From the NCBI GenBank assembly GCA_017468385.1, contig JAFUIQ010000011.1, positions 1,622-65,621 of the forward strand: DNA of 64,000 nt, in the 5' to 3' direction. The first letter of the stretch is position 1. Each line of letters opens with the position of its first letter. This stretch comes from Clostridia bacterium (lineage in GTDB: Bacteria > Bacillota > Clostridia > Oscillospirales > CAG-272). The notes under the pieces are model-generated. The model searched no databases and was not told where the DNA came from. It saw only the letters and a list, made by a program, of their open reading frames with translations. A program made the position numbers and the translations under genes. Positions 43,639-56,151 of this stretch are shown here, piece by piece.

Positions 43639-43658
43639 ATGTCCTTCGAACGGATAAT

Positions 43659-43687
43659 AGTATAGCATTGTCCGGTTCGTTTGTCAA
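43659..43687 (-). promoter_or_regulatory. Promoter of tRNA-Gln(CTG) (TTGACA-17 nt-TATACT on the minus strand)
   Basis: TGTCAA at 43682-43687 and AGTATA at 43659-43664 on the plus strand. Confidence 0.65.
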
Positions 43688-43980
43688 GAGGATTTTGAAA
43701 AAAATCGAAAATTTTCTATCGGTTTCCTGCGACAGGGTGAAAATATTTCCGCCGCCGTTTACAAGTGCGCATAAATGTGGTAAAATATTCTCATACTAAC
43801 GGCACGGGGTACGGGAATTATCTTCTCCGAATCTCCGGAAACTATACGCGGAGAATACTATTTTGAGTGATTTTTTTCGCAGCTTTGCCGTTGGCTTTGC
43901 CATCGGGATGGCGACGCTTGTGGCATTTTTTGCCGTCGTCTTCCTTTTGTTTCTGATTTTTTAATCGGAGGTCGTTTCTT

Positions 43981-44700
43981 TTGCGATTGGATAAATATCT
44001 GGGACAATCCGGTGTGGCCACCCGCAGTGAGGCCACCAAGTTTATCCGCGCCCGGCGGGTATGTGTGGACGGTGCGGTGGTGCGGGATCCTGCCGTGCAT
44101 ATCGATCCGGACACCGCATCGGTGACGCTGGACGGACAGGTAGTGGTGTGGCGGGAATTCACCTACGTCATGCTCAACAAGCCCACGGGATACGTCAGCT
44201 CCACGGAGGATCGGGGTCCTACGGTGATGGAGCTGCTGCCGCCGCAATTCGTGCGGATGGGGCTGTTCCCCTGCGGCCGGTTGGACATCGATACGGTGGG
44301 ATTTCTGCTCGTCACCAACGACGGTGTGCTGGGGCACGAGCTGCTGTCCCCGAAGCATCATGTGGACAAAACGTACCGCTTCCGGTGCGATCCCCCCATC
44401 GGGGAAGAACAGCGTCGGCAATTGTGTGCCGGAGTGGACATTGGTGATATCGTGACGGCGCCGGCGGAGGTGGTTCTCTATGGGGATCTGCCCGCCTGCG
44501 AGGGGGAGATCACCATCCGCGAGGGCAAATTCCATCAGATCAAAAGGATGTTCCATGCCGTGGGATCGGAGATCACCTATCTGGAGCGGATCCGCTTCGG
44601 CGGTCTTTCGCTGGATACATCCCTTGAGTGCGGAGAGTGGCGGTATCTGACACCGGAGGAGGAAGCAGTTTTGCGCCGCTCGGCCGGACGAAATGCGTAA
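43981..44700 (+). CDS. rsuA: 16S rRNA pseudouridine synthase (RsuA/RluB family)
   Basis: TTG start 8 nt after GGAGG. S4 domain MRLDKYLGQSGVATRSEA, catalytic GRLDIDTVGFLLVTNDG, and KTYRF / EGKFHQIKRMF. Confidence 0.9.
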   Translation: MRLDKYLGQSGVATRSEATKFIRARRVCVDGAVVRDPAVHIDPDTASVTLDGQVVVWREFTYVMLNKPTGYVSSTEDRGPTVMELLPPQFVRMGLFPCGRLDIDTVGFLLVTNDGVLGHELLSPKHHVDKTYRFRCDPPIGEEQRRQLCAGVDIGDIVTAPAEVVLYGDLPACEGEITIREGKFHQIKRMFHAVGSEITYLERIRFGGLSLDTSLECGEWRYLTPEEEAVLRRSAGRNA

Positions 44701-44717
44701 AGAACAGGAGATTACAT

Positions 44718-46870
44718 ATGGAAATTTTGGAGATACTTTGCAGTGAATTGAATATCCGCCGCACCCAGGCGGAAGCGGCGGTGAAACTGCTGGATGACGG
44801 CAACACCGTGCCCTTTATTGCCCGTTACCGTAAGGAGGCCACGGGCGGTCTGGATGACGATCAGCTTCGCGCCCTGACCGATCGGCTGGCCTATCTGCGG
44901 AATCTGCAGAAGCGGCGGGAGGAGGTTCTGTCCCTCATCGGGGAGCAGGGTAAGCTGACGGAGGAAATTGAGGCGGCGGTGGCGGCCGCATCCACTTTGA
45001 CGGAGATTGACGATATCTACCGTCCCTTCCGCCCCAAGCGGAAGACGAGAGCGTCCGTGGCAAGAGAGCGGGGACTGGAGCCGCTGGCGGCACTGCTGAT
45101 GGCCCAGGAGGCATCCTACACGCCGGCTCTTGAGGAAGCGGCGGAGCAGTATATTGATGAAGATAAGGCGTGCCCGACGGAAAATCCGCTCTGGCCGGCG
45201 CCTGCGATATCATCGCCGAGGATATCTCCGACGACGCGGACTACCGCCGGGAGATCCGCGCTTTGACCATGGAGTACGGCTTGCTTTCTTCCAAAAAGGA
45301 TGGGGAGAGCAATCCCACCTACGAGATGTATTTCGACTACTGTGAGAAGCTGTCTGGCATCCCGTCCCATCGGGTGCTGGCGGTAAATCGGGGCGAGGCG
45401 GAGGAGTGTCTCAAGGTATCGGTGTCCGTAGACAGCGATATCATTCTCAATTATATGTTCGCCCAGGTGATCACCCGCTACGGCAGCCCCGCCTTCAAAT
45501 ACGTGGCATCCGCCGTGTGCGATGCGTATGACCGGCTGATCGCTCCGTCCATTGAGCGGGAGATCCGGGCGGCGCTGACGGAAACGGCCAGCGAAAATGC
45601 CATCAAGCTGTTTTCCGACAATCTGAAGCATCTTCTCATGCAGGCACCCCTGAAGGGCAAGACCGTTCTCGGATACGACCCCGGCTACCGCACGGGATGC
45701 AAGCTGGCCGTGGTGGACAAAACCGGCATGGTCATCGATACCGCCGTGATTTATCCCACCAAGCCCCATGAGAAGATCGCCCAGAGCAAAAAGATCGTTA
45801 CCGATCTGGTGAGAAAATACGGGGTGGATGTGGTGGCCATCGGCAACGGCACCGCCTCCGGTGAGAGCGAGATGTTCATTGCCGAAACCCTCTCTGAGAT
45901 CGGCGGTCATACCAAGTATATTGTAGTCAGCGAAGCGGGGGCGTCTGTCTATTCCGCCTCCAAGGTGGGCGCGGAGGAGTTCCCCGATTTCGATGTAACC
46001 CAGCGCTCCGCTGTGTCCATCGCCCGCCGTTTGCAGGATCCCCTGGCGGAGTTGGTAAAGATCGATCCCAAATCCATCGGCGTGGGCCAGTACCAGCACG
46101 ACATGCGGGAGGCTCGCCTGGATGAGGCACTCTCCGGCGTGGTGGAGGACTGCGTAAACGCCGTGGGCGTGGATCTGAATACGGCGTCCTATATGCTGCT
46201 TTCCTATATCGCCGGCATCAACGCCACCAGTGCGAAGAATATCGTCAAATACCGGGACGAGAACGGCGAGTTCACCTCCCGTGCCCAGGTATTGAAGGTG
46301 CCCCGCATCGGTGCGAAGGCCTACGAGCAGTGCGCCGGATTCTTGCGCGTGCCCGGATCGGGGGAGATTCTGGACAACACCGGTGTCCATCCCGAATCCT
46401 ACGCCGCCGCACGGAACGTGCTGAAGGTGTTCGGATTCACCGAAGAGGATGTGCGCCTTGGCCGTCTGGCCGGCCTGAAAAAGAAGGCGGAGGGGTACGG
46501 CATGGCCAGACTGGCCGGCGAGGTGGGATGCGGCGAGGCGACTCTTGCCGATATTCTCGGTGAATTGGAAAAGCCCGGCCGGGACGTCCGCGACTCCTTG
46601 CCCCAGCCCCAGCTGCGGGAAAAGGTGATGACCATGGAGGAATTGACGCCCGGCATGGTTCTCACCGGTACGGTCCGCAACGTCATCGATTTCGGCGCGT
46701 TCGTGGATATCGGCGTCCATCAGGACGGACTGGTTCACGTGTCCGAGATCGCCGATCGGTTCATCAAGCACCCAAGCGAGGCACTGTCCGTGGGCGATGT
46801 GGTGCAGGTGCGCATCAAAGGGGTGGATTTGAAGAAAAAGCGCATCGCGCTGTCTATGAAAGGAATCTGA
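44718..46870 (+). pseudogene. tex: tex (S1-domain transcription accessory protein) interrupted by a 1-nt frameshift at about 45167-45168
   Basis: Frame A (44718-45266) carries the Tex N-terminus (LDDGNTVPFIARYRKEATGGLDD). Frame B (45170-46870) carries the YqgF, HhH and S1 parts. The frames join if GATAAGGCGTG is read as GATAAGGGCGTG, giving ...DEDKGVPDGKSALAGACDIIAE... Confidence 0.85.
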
Positions 46871-47093
46871 TTCTAATAAAATTAGAGTTTCCGCCGCTCT
46901 CCGGATTTTCACCCGGAGAATAAAAAGTGAATCGTTTGTGCGAAGTGCACAAACTCATAAAACAAAATTTGGAGAAAAAAACTCTTTCCATTTGCGCGGA
47001 TTTTTGGTACAATATATATCAGTTAAAACTGTGCGAAGATGCCCTTTTGTCTTCATGCGGTAAAAATGTGATATTATCTAGGAGGATATATAC

Positions 47094-48203
<1,110 letters not shown>

Positions 48204-48325
48204 TTGTATCCTTTACCGCGCTCCGTTTGGAGCGCGGTTTTTTCTTCCTTATATTCGCAATGCGGATATCCGCGCATAGAATGTCATTGGACTTTCGGCA
48301 TTTGCAATTCCACGGGGGTGATGCC

Positions 48326-49159
48326 ATGCGGGCAATGAAAAAAGGAATACATCGGCTGCTGGGACTGTGCCTGACGCTGTTCTTGGTGTGCTCTTTGTGT
48401 GTTCTGCCGCTGTCGGCGGCGGAGTATACCGAGGGCGAGGTGCTGTTTGCCGCCCGATATGAGGATTATACATCCATCCGTGACACCGGATTGCGGTTCG
48501 GTACGGCATCCTGGTCCGGCGCCGGTGCGGATCTGTCGGACGGATCGCTGTGCATCCGCTCCGCCAGCGATCGGAAGACCTACCTTTTGCTGCCGGAAGA
48601 TATCCCCTTTACGGATACATATACCATCATCTACGAATTCCGCTTCGCGGAAATTGCGGAGATGGGAGGATACTGCGGCTTCATTCTGACCAGTTCGGGC
48701 GATGCTCCCTCCAACCGGACGGAACTTCTTTTGCGGGCCAGCGGTGCCTGCGATGGAGCTGGGCAGTTCGGGGAGGCGATTTCCGCCGCCTTGACAGCGG
48801 GAGAGCCGGTGCAGGTGACGATTCCCATCCGCCACGGTATGATGAGCGAGATCCGCTTGCGTGCAGGCGATGCGGAGGAAACACTGGCGATGGATAACGT
48901 GCGCACAGTGGCCGCCGGCCGTCGGGGGTTCGTGCTCCGTAATGTATCTGTGGACATTCATACGGTGAAGATCGTGTCCGGCGTGGATTACGAGACGGAA
49001 AGCGGATACTACGCGGAACATTCCTACATAGCACCCCAGCCGGAGGACCCGGGATTGGTATCTCCTCCCACTGGCGATGGCGTGTGGATTGCTTTCCTTC
49101 CTGTCGGTTGTGTGTGCGCTGCTCTCTGCCTTCTGGTGAGACGGCGGCGGAGTGCATAA
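48326..49159 (+). CDS. Secreted cell-wall-anchored protein of unknown function (sortase substrate)
   Basis: Signal peptide MRAMKKGIHRLLGLCLTLFLVCSLCVLPLSAAE. C-terminal SPPTGD, a hydrophobic helix and RRRRSA form a sorting signal of the (S/P)PxTG type. Confidence 0.6.
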   Translation: MRAMKKGIHRLLGLCLTLFLVCSLCVLPLSAAEYTEGEVLFAARYEDYTSIRDTGLRFGTASWSGAGADLSDGSLCIRSASDRKTYLLLPEDIPFTDTYTIIYEFRFAEIAEMGGYCGFILTSSGDAPSNRTELLLRASGACDGAGQFGEAISAALTAGEPVQVTIPIRHGMMSEIRLRAGDAEETLAMDNVRTVAAGRRGFVLRNVSVDIHTVKIVSGVDYETESGYYAEHSYIAPQPEDPGLVSPPTGDGVWIAFLPVGCVCAALCLLVRRRRSA

Positions 49160-49193
49160 CCCTGACGAAACCGTAAAAAATAGATATGCGATC

Positions 49194-49230
49194 TGCGGGA
49201 CTGCGCGATTTTGCGCAGTCCCGCACTTTT
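49194..49230 (+). terminator. Rho-independent terminator
   Basis: TGCGGGACTGCGC-GATTTT-GCGCAGTCCCGCA + CTTTT. Confidence 0.75.
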
Positions 49231-49327
49231 AGTGATAAAAAATCGGCCAGTTCATAAAATGTTAACGAATTGTATTTATATTAGTGTTGAATTTATAGGG
49301 CTAAAATGGTAAATTGTTAGTCGAAGG

Positions 49328-49354
49328 TTAGCACTTGATCAAACCGAGTGCTAA
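49328..49354 (+). promoter_or_regulatory. CIRCE operator (HrcA binding site)
   Basis: TTAGCACTT-N9-GAGTGCTAA. There is one mismatch to the consensus TTAGCACTC-N9-GAGTGCTAA. It lies directly upstream of hrcA. Confidence 0.9.
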
Positions 49355-49409
49355 AAACAATCATCTGCAAAGCAGAAATTCCCACGGAACGGAAGGAGAT
49401 GTGCGAACC

Positions 49410-50521
49410 ATGACAGCCGGCGAATTGAGTGAACGGAAAAAGTGGATATTGAAAGCAGTGATCGAGGCGCACATCGAAACGGGCGAACCGGTGGGCAGCA
49501 AATATCTGATGCAGTATAAGCAGATCGCCTACTCCTCGGCCACCATCCGCAACGAGATGGCGGAGCTGGAGGAAATGGGATATCTGGAACAGCCCCATAC
49601 ATCCGCCGGCCGCGTGCCGTCGGAGGCGGGCTACCGCTTCTATGTGGATTCCCTCATTGAAGATTATAACATGACGGCCCGCGAGGTGACGGAATTGAAA
49701 ACCGCACTCCGCTCCCGTCAGTCGGAATTGGATAACATTCTGGAGGAGGCCATGCGACTGGCATCGTCCATGACCAACTATACCGCATTGGCACTCCGGC
49801 CCCGCAGCACACGGAATACGGTCACCCAGTTTGAGGTGATCCGCGTGGCGGAGCGGAAGCTGATTCTGGTCATGGTCATGGCCAGCGGCGTGGTCAAGAG
49901 CAAATACATCCTGACGGAAACCCCGATCCCTGCGGACGCGGCGGAGCGGCTGGCACGGATTCTCAACGAATCCATGGTATCCGTCGGAGCCGAGGAGATC
50001 ACGCTGCCGCGGCTGATGGATATGGAGCGGAAGATGGGCGTGTACGCCTATCTGGTCAATCCGGTTTCCAAGTGCGTGTACGAGACGCTTACTTCCTTTG
50101 AAGAAGGGGAGTTGAAGTTTGAGGGCGTGAACCGCCTGCTTTCCTATCCCGAGTATTACGATATCGACCGCCTCAAGCAGATTTTGGCCATGATCGAGCA
50201 GAAGGATGATTTCCTGCAGCTCATCTCCCGGGAAACCAAGGCACTGGAGCAGGCCGATGACGATGGGAAAGTACAGGTATATATCGGACATGAAAATCTG
50301 GTGGAGATCATGGACAACTCCACATTGATTTTAAAGACAGTCAAGAGCGGCGGACGGGTGGTCGGTACCATCGGTATCATCGGCCCTACGCGCATGGATT
50401 ACTCCAAGGTCATCTCCATGATCGACCATTTGTCGGCAGGAATCCGGGACGCTCTTGGGGATGGCGGCTATGACGATGACCGATCGCCGCCGAAATTGAC
50501 AAACGGACAAGGTGGATTTTG

Positions 50522-50522
<1 letters not shown>
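49410..50522 (+). CDS. hrcA: Heat-inducible transcription repressor HrcA
   Basis: ERKKWILKAVIEAHIETGEPVGSKYL...SSATIRNEMAELEEMGYLEQPHTSAGRVPSEAGYRFYVD. Confidence 0.9.
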
Positions 50523-53025
<2,503 letters not shown>

Positions 53026-53118
53026 AATACAGTGATGCGCAGTGGGGCTGTCCGTCCGGGGCAGCTCCCCTTTGCGCGTTTTGATTTCCTCCGGTTGACG
53101 GAGAAAGGTAGGTCAGCT

Positions 53119-54252
53119 ATGGCTGAAAGCAAGAGAGACTATTATGAGGTGCTTGGCGTCGACAAATCCGCGGATGAAGCGGCGATCAAGCGGGCATACC
53201 GATCGCTGGCGAAAAAGTATCATCCCGACGTGAATCCGGGAGACAAAGAGGCAGAGCAGAAGTTCAAAGAGGTGAACGAGGCCTATGCCGTTTTGTCCGA
53301 TGCGGAAAAGAAGGCCAAGTACGACCAGTTCGGCCATGCCGCTTTTGAAGCGGGCGGTGGCGGCGGCTACGGCGGCTTCGGCGGTTTTGGAGATATGGAT
53401 TTCGATATTTCCGATATCTTCTCCAGCTTCTTCGGCGGCGGTATGGGCGGCGGCAGTACCCGTCGCGGGCCTGTGCGGGGTGAGGATATTACCGTGCGGC
53501 TCACCTTGTCCTTTGAGGAAGCGGTGTTCGGCGTAAAAAAGGAGATTTCCTACCAGCGCATCCAGAAATGTGCCGAGTGCTCTGGCAGCGGCGCCGCCAA
53601 GGGAACCTCTCCCAAGACCTGTCCCACCTGCGGCGGATCCGGTCGGATCCGTGTGCAGCAGCGCACGCCCCTGGGTATCATGCAGACGCAAAAGGCCTGC
53701 GATGCCTGTCGGGGAACGGGTAAGATCGTGGAGAAGCCCTGCGAATCCTGCCGCGGCAACGGATATGTGCGCGTGACCAAAAAGCTGGACGTGTCCATTC
53801 CCGCCGGCATCGACGACGGACAGAGAGTGGTCCTCAGTGGGCAGGGAAGTGAAGGCCGTGAGGGCGGTCCTGCGGGAGATCTGTACATTTACGTAAACGT
53901 CCGTCCCCATGCCGTGTTCGAGCGGGACGGGTATGATATCTATTGCGAGGTGCCTATTTCCTTTACGGAGGCGGCACTGGGTGCGGAGATCGATATTCCC
54001 ACTTTGGAGGGTACGGAGATGTACCAGATCAAGGAGGGAACCCAGACCGGCACCACCTTCACCATTCGGGATAAGGGCGTGCCCGTGGTCAACAGCAAGC
54101 GGCGGGGCAATCTGCATATCACCGTGAAGGTGGAAGTGCCGAAGAACCTCAATTCCGAGCAGAAGGACCTGCTCCGCAAATTTGCGGAAAGCTGCGGCGA
54201 GGGAGAAACCGGCGGAAACCGGAAAAACTTCTTCAAGCGATTCTTCAAATAA
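53119..54252 (+). CDS. dnaJ: Molecular chaperone DnaJ
   Basis: J-domain DYYEVLGVDKSADEAAIKRAYRSLAKKYHPD, a G/F region, and four CxxCxGxG zinc motifs. Confidence 0.95.
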   Translation: MAESKRDYYEVLGVDKSADEAAIKRAYRSLAKKYHPDVNPGDKEAEQKFKEVNEAYAVLSDAEKKAKYDQFGHAAFEAGGGGGYGGFGGFGDMDFDISDIFSSFFGGGMGGGSTRRGPVRGEDITVRLTLSFEEAVFGVKKEISYQRIQKCAECSGSGAAKGTSPKTCPTCGGSGRIRVQQRTPLGIMQTQKACDACRGTGKIVEKPCESCRGNGYVRVTKKLDVSIPAGIDDGQRVVLSGQGSEGREGGPAGDLYIYVNVRPHAVFERDGYDIYCEVPISFTEAALGAEIDIPTLEGTEMYQIKEGTQTGTTFTIRDKGVPVVNSKRRGNLHITVKVEVPKNLNSEQKDLLRKFAESCGEGETGGNRKNFFKRFFK

Positions 54253-54272
54253 TCACAGGACAGGACAGAGAT

Positions 54273-55193
54273 ATGGAAGAGAAAAATTGGATCCGCATCC
54301 GCGTCAGCGCGGCGTGCGAGCATTTGGATACCATCACCGCCATCATGAGCATGATCGATAACGCCTTGATGATCGAGGATTTCTCCGATGTGGAAAAGGA
54401 CCTGGACGGCGTGTACGGCGATCTCATCGATGAGGAGCTCCTGCAGCAGGATCGCACCACCGCGGCGGTGTCCGTATTCGTCCCCGATGAAAAATCTCCC
54501 CGGGAGGCGGAATTGTACATCCGCTCCCGCCTGGAGGAGTGCGGAATCGATGCGGAAGTCACCTGCAGCGGCGTCTGCGAGGACGACTGGGCGGATTCCT
54601 GGAAAAAGTATTACAAGCCCATCAAGACCGGCAAGCGGCTGGTGATCGTTCCCGTGTGGGAGAATTACGATCCCGCCCCGGAGGAGATTACGGTGCTGAT
54701 GGATCCCGGTATGGCTTTCGGTACGGGTACCCATGAGACCACAAGACTGTGCGCGGAGCTGCTGGAGAATTATGTGAAGGACGGCTCCACCGTGCTGGAT
54801 GTGGGATGCGGCAGCGGCATTTTGGCCATCTGCGCTTCCAAATTGGGCGCGTCGGAGTGCTTCGCCTGCGACATCGATCCCGTGGCGGTGCGCATCGCCG
54901 GGGAAAATGCGGAGGTGAACGGCACGGCCAACGTGAGATGCGCCGTATCCGATCTTCTGAAGGATGTGCCGGATAAGAAATACGACGTGTGCGTGGCCAA
55001 CATCGTGGCGGACGTGATCATCCGTATGGCACCCGATATCGGCAAGTATATGGCAGAGAACGGCGTGCTGATCGTCTCCGGCATCATCGAGGAGCGGGCC
55101 GAGGAGGTTGTGGCGGTTCTTTCCGAAAACGGATTCACCGTGGCGGATTTTCGCCGGGAAAACGGCTGGTATGCCGGCGTCGTCAGAAAATAA
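54273..55193 (+). CDS. prmA: Ribosomal protein L11 methyltransferase
   Basis: IDPGMAFGTGTHETTRLC and VLDVGCGSGILAI motifs. Conserved position after dnaJ. Confidence 0.9.
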   Translation: MEEKNWIRIRVSAACEHLDTITAIMSMIDNALMIEDFSDVEKDLDGVYGDLIDEELLQQDRTTAAVSVFVPDEKSPREAELYIRSRLEECGIDAEVTCSGVCEDDWADSWKKYYKPIKTGKRLVIVPVWENYDPAPEEITVLMDPGMAFGTGTHETTRLCAELLENYVKDGSTVLDVGCGSGILAICASKLGASECFACDIDPVAVRIAGENAEVNGTANVRCAVSDLLKDVPDKKYDVCVANIVADVIIRMAPDIGKYMAENGVLIVSGIIEERAEEVVAVLSENGFTVADFRRENGWYAGVVRK

Positions 55194-55200
55194 ATTTTAT

Positions 55201-55236
55201 CACCTGTCCGGGTAAGTCCGGACAGGTGCTTTTTTC
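55201..55236 (+). terminator. Terminator of the dnaK operon
   Basis: CACCTGTCCGG-GTAAGT-CCGGACAGGTG + CTTTTTTC. Confidence 0.85.
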
Positions 55237-55328
55237 TTACCGCGGCGCACCTGAGGTGGAATTTTCCCATGAATGACGGGATTTTTTGCGGTTTTTTATC
55301 AAAGAAATGCTTTTTCTTTGAAAATAAT

Positions 55329-55357
55329 TTGACAAAATGCTTCGGATATAGTATAAT
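55329..55357 (+). promoter_or_regulatory. Consensus promoter (TTGACA-17 nt-TATAAT) preceding a roughly 140-nt structured leader
   Basis: Hexamers at 55329-55334 and 55352-55357. Confidence 0.65.
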
Positions 55358-55505
55358 ACTATGGTATTATACGATACGTGCGGGCATGCCGCACGGTACC
55401 AATGGATTCATTGGCAAGAATGTACGCAAACAACCCGATTGGGATTTTACCGCATAATAAAATTGGAAAAGGAGCGGATCCGTCACACTTGGTACGACGG
55501 GTGCA

Positions 55506-55958
55506 ATGAAGATGGTTATGGCAAAGGAAAGTTTGAGCCGCAAAAAGAATATATCGACCCCCAAATCCGTTTCCCGTAAGGAAATGACGCATATCGTTGC
55601 TGTCCGTCTTATGATCATGGCGGCCATTGATCTGGTAGGCATTGCCACCCTGCTTTCTGTCCGCAGTGAAGCGATCGTGGAGTTGGCCTTCGTCAATTAC
55701 TGGCTTCTGCCTCTGGCCATCGTGTTCGGTGTGCTGACCGCGTGCGCCGTGGCCTATCAGGTGCTGGTGGCTGTGAAGAAAATTGACATCACCCGCCACT
55801 ACTTTACCCCCGCTATGATGCTGTGCGTGTCGCTGTTCTGCCTGATCGCGTGCCTGGTGTACAAGCATGTGATCGTGGGAACGCTGATCATCGCATCCGT
55901 GGTGGCAACCATTCTGTTCGGCGTGTACTGCCTGTACGTTCACGTTTTCTATCGCTGA
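55506..55958 (+). CDS. Hypothetical 4-TM membrane protein (150 aa)
   Basis: Basic N-terminus then four hydrophobic helices. The SD is weak and the start uncertain. Confidence 0.5.
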   Translation: MKMVMAKESLSRKKNISTPKSVSRKEMTHIVAVRLMIMAAIDLVGIATLLSVRSEAIVELAFVNYWLLPLAIVFGVLTACAVAYQVLVAVKKIDITRHYFTPAMMLCVSLFCLIACLVYKHVIVGTLIIASVVATILFGVYCLYVHVFYR

Positions 55959-56056
55959 GCATCCGGCAGATTGGCCAATTTGAGGATTTTTTCGTCAATC
56001 TGCGGAGAAATATTCAAAATTGCGTGGCGTAATTGGAAAAAATACAAAAAATCCTA

Positions 56057-56085
56057 TTGAAAAATCACAAAAAATGATGTAAAAT
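56057..56085 (+). promoter_or_regulatory. Promoter (TTGAAA-17 nt-TAAAAT) of the PucR/CdaR-like gene
   Basis: Hexamers at 56057-56062 and 56080-56085. Confidence 0.5.
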
Positions 56086-56151
56086 ATAGTGTAGTATACA
56101 CAATGCATACCAATCGCAGTTGATTTTTTGTTAGTTGAAAGGAGACGCCAT

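Noticed and set aside
43858-44556. 232-aa minus-strand ORF
   Set aside because: It is antisense to rsuA, whose S4 domain and catalytic GRLD motif are on the plus strand.
45160-45175. Programmed ribosomal frameshift in tex
   Set aside because: There is no slippery heptamer or downstream stimulatory structure at the site, and Tex is not known to be recoded. A mutation or a homopolymer sequencing error is the simpler explanation.
45116-46912. 598-aa minus-strand ORF
   Set aside because: It is antisense to tex, which has unmistakable Tex, YqgF, HhH and S1 motifs on the plus strand.
49270-49312. Second, upstream CIRCE element (TTAGTGTTG-N9-GGGCTAAAA-like)
   Set aside because: It has too many mismatches to TTAGCACTC-N9-GAGTGCTAA. 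Only the element at 49328-49354 is convincing.
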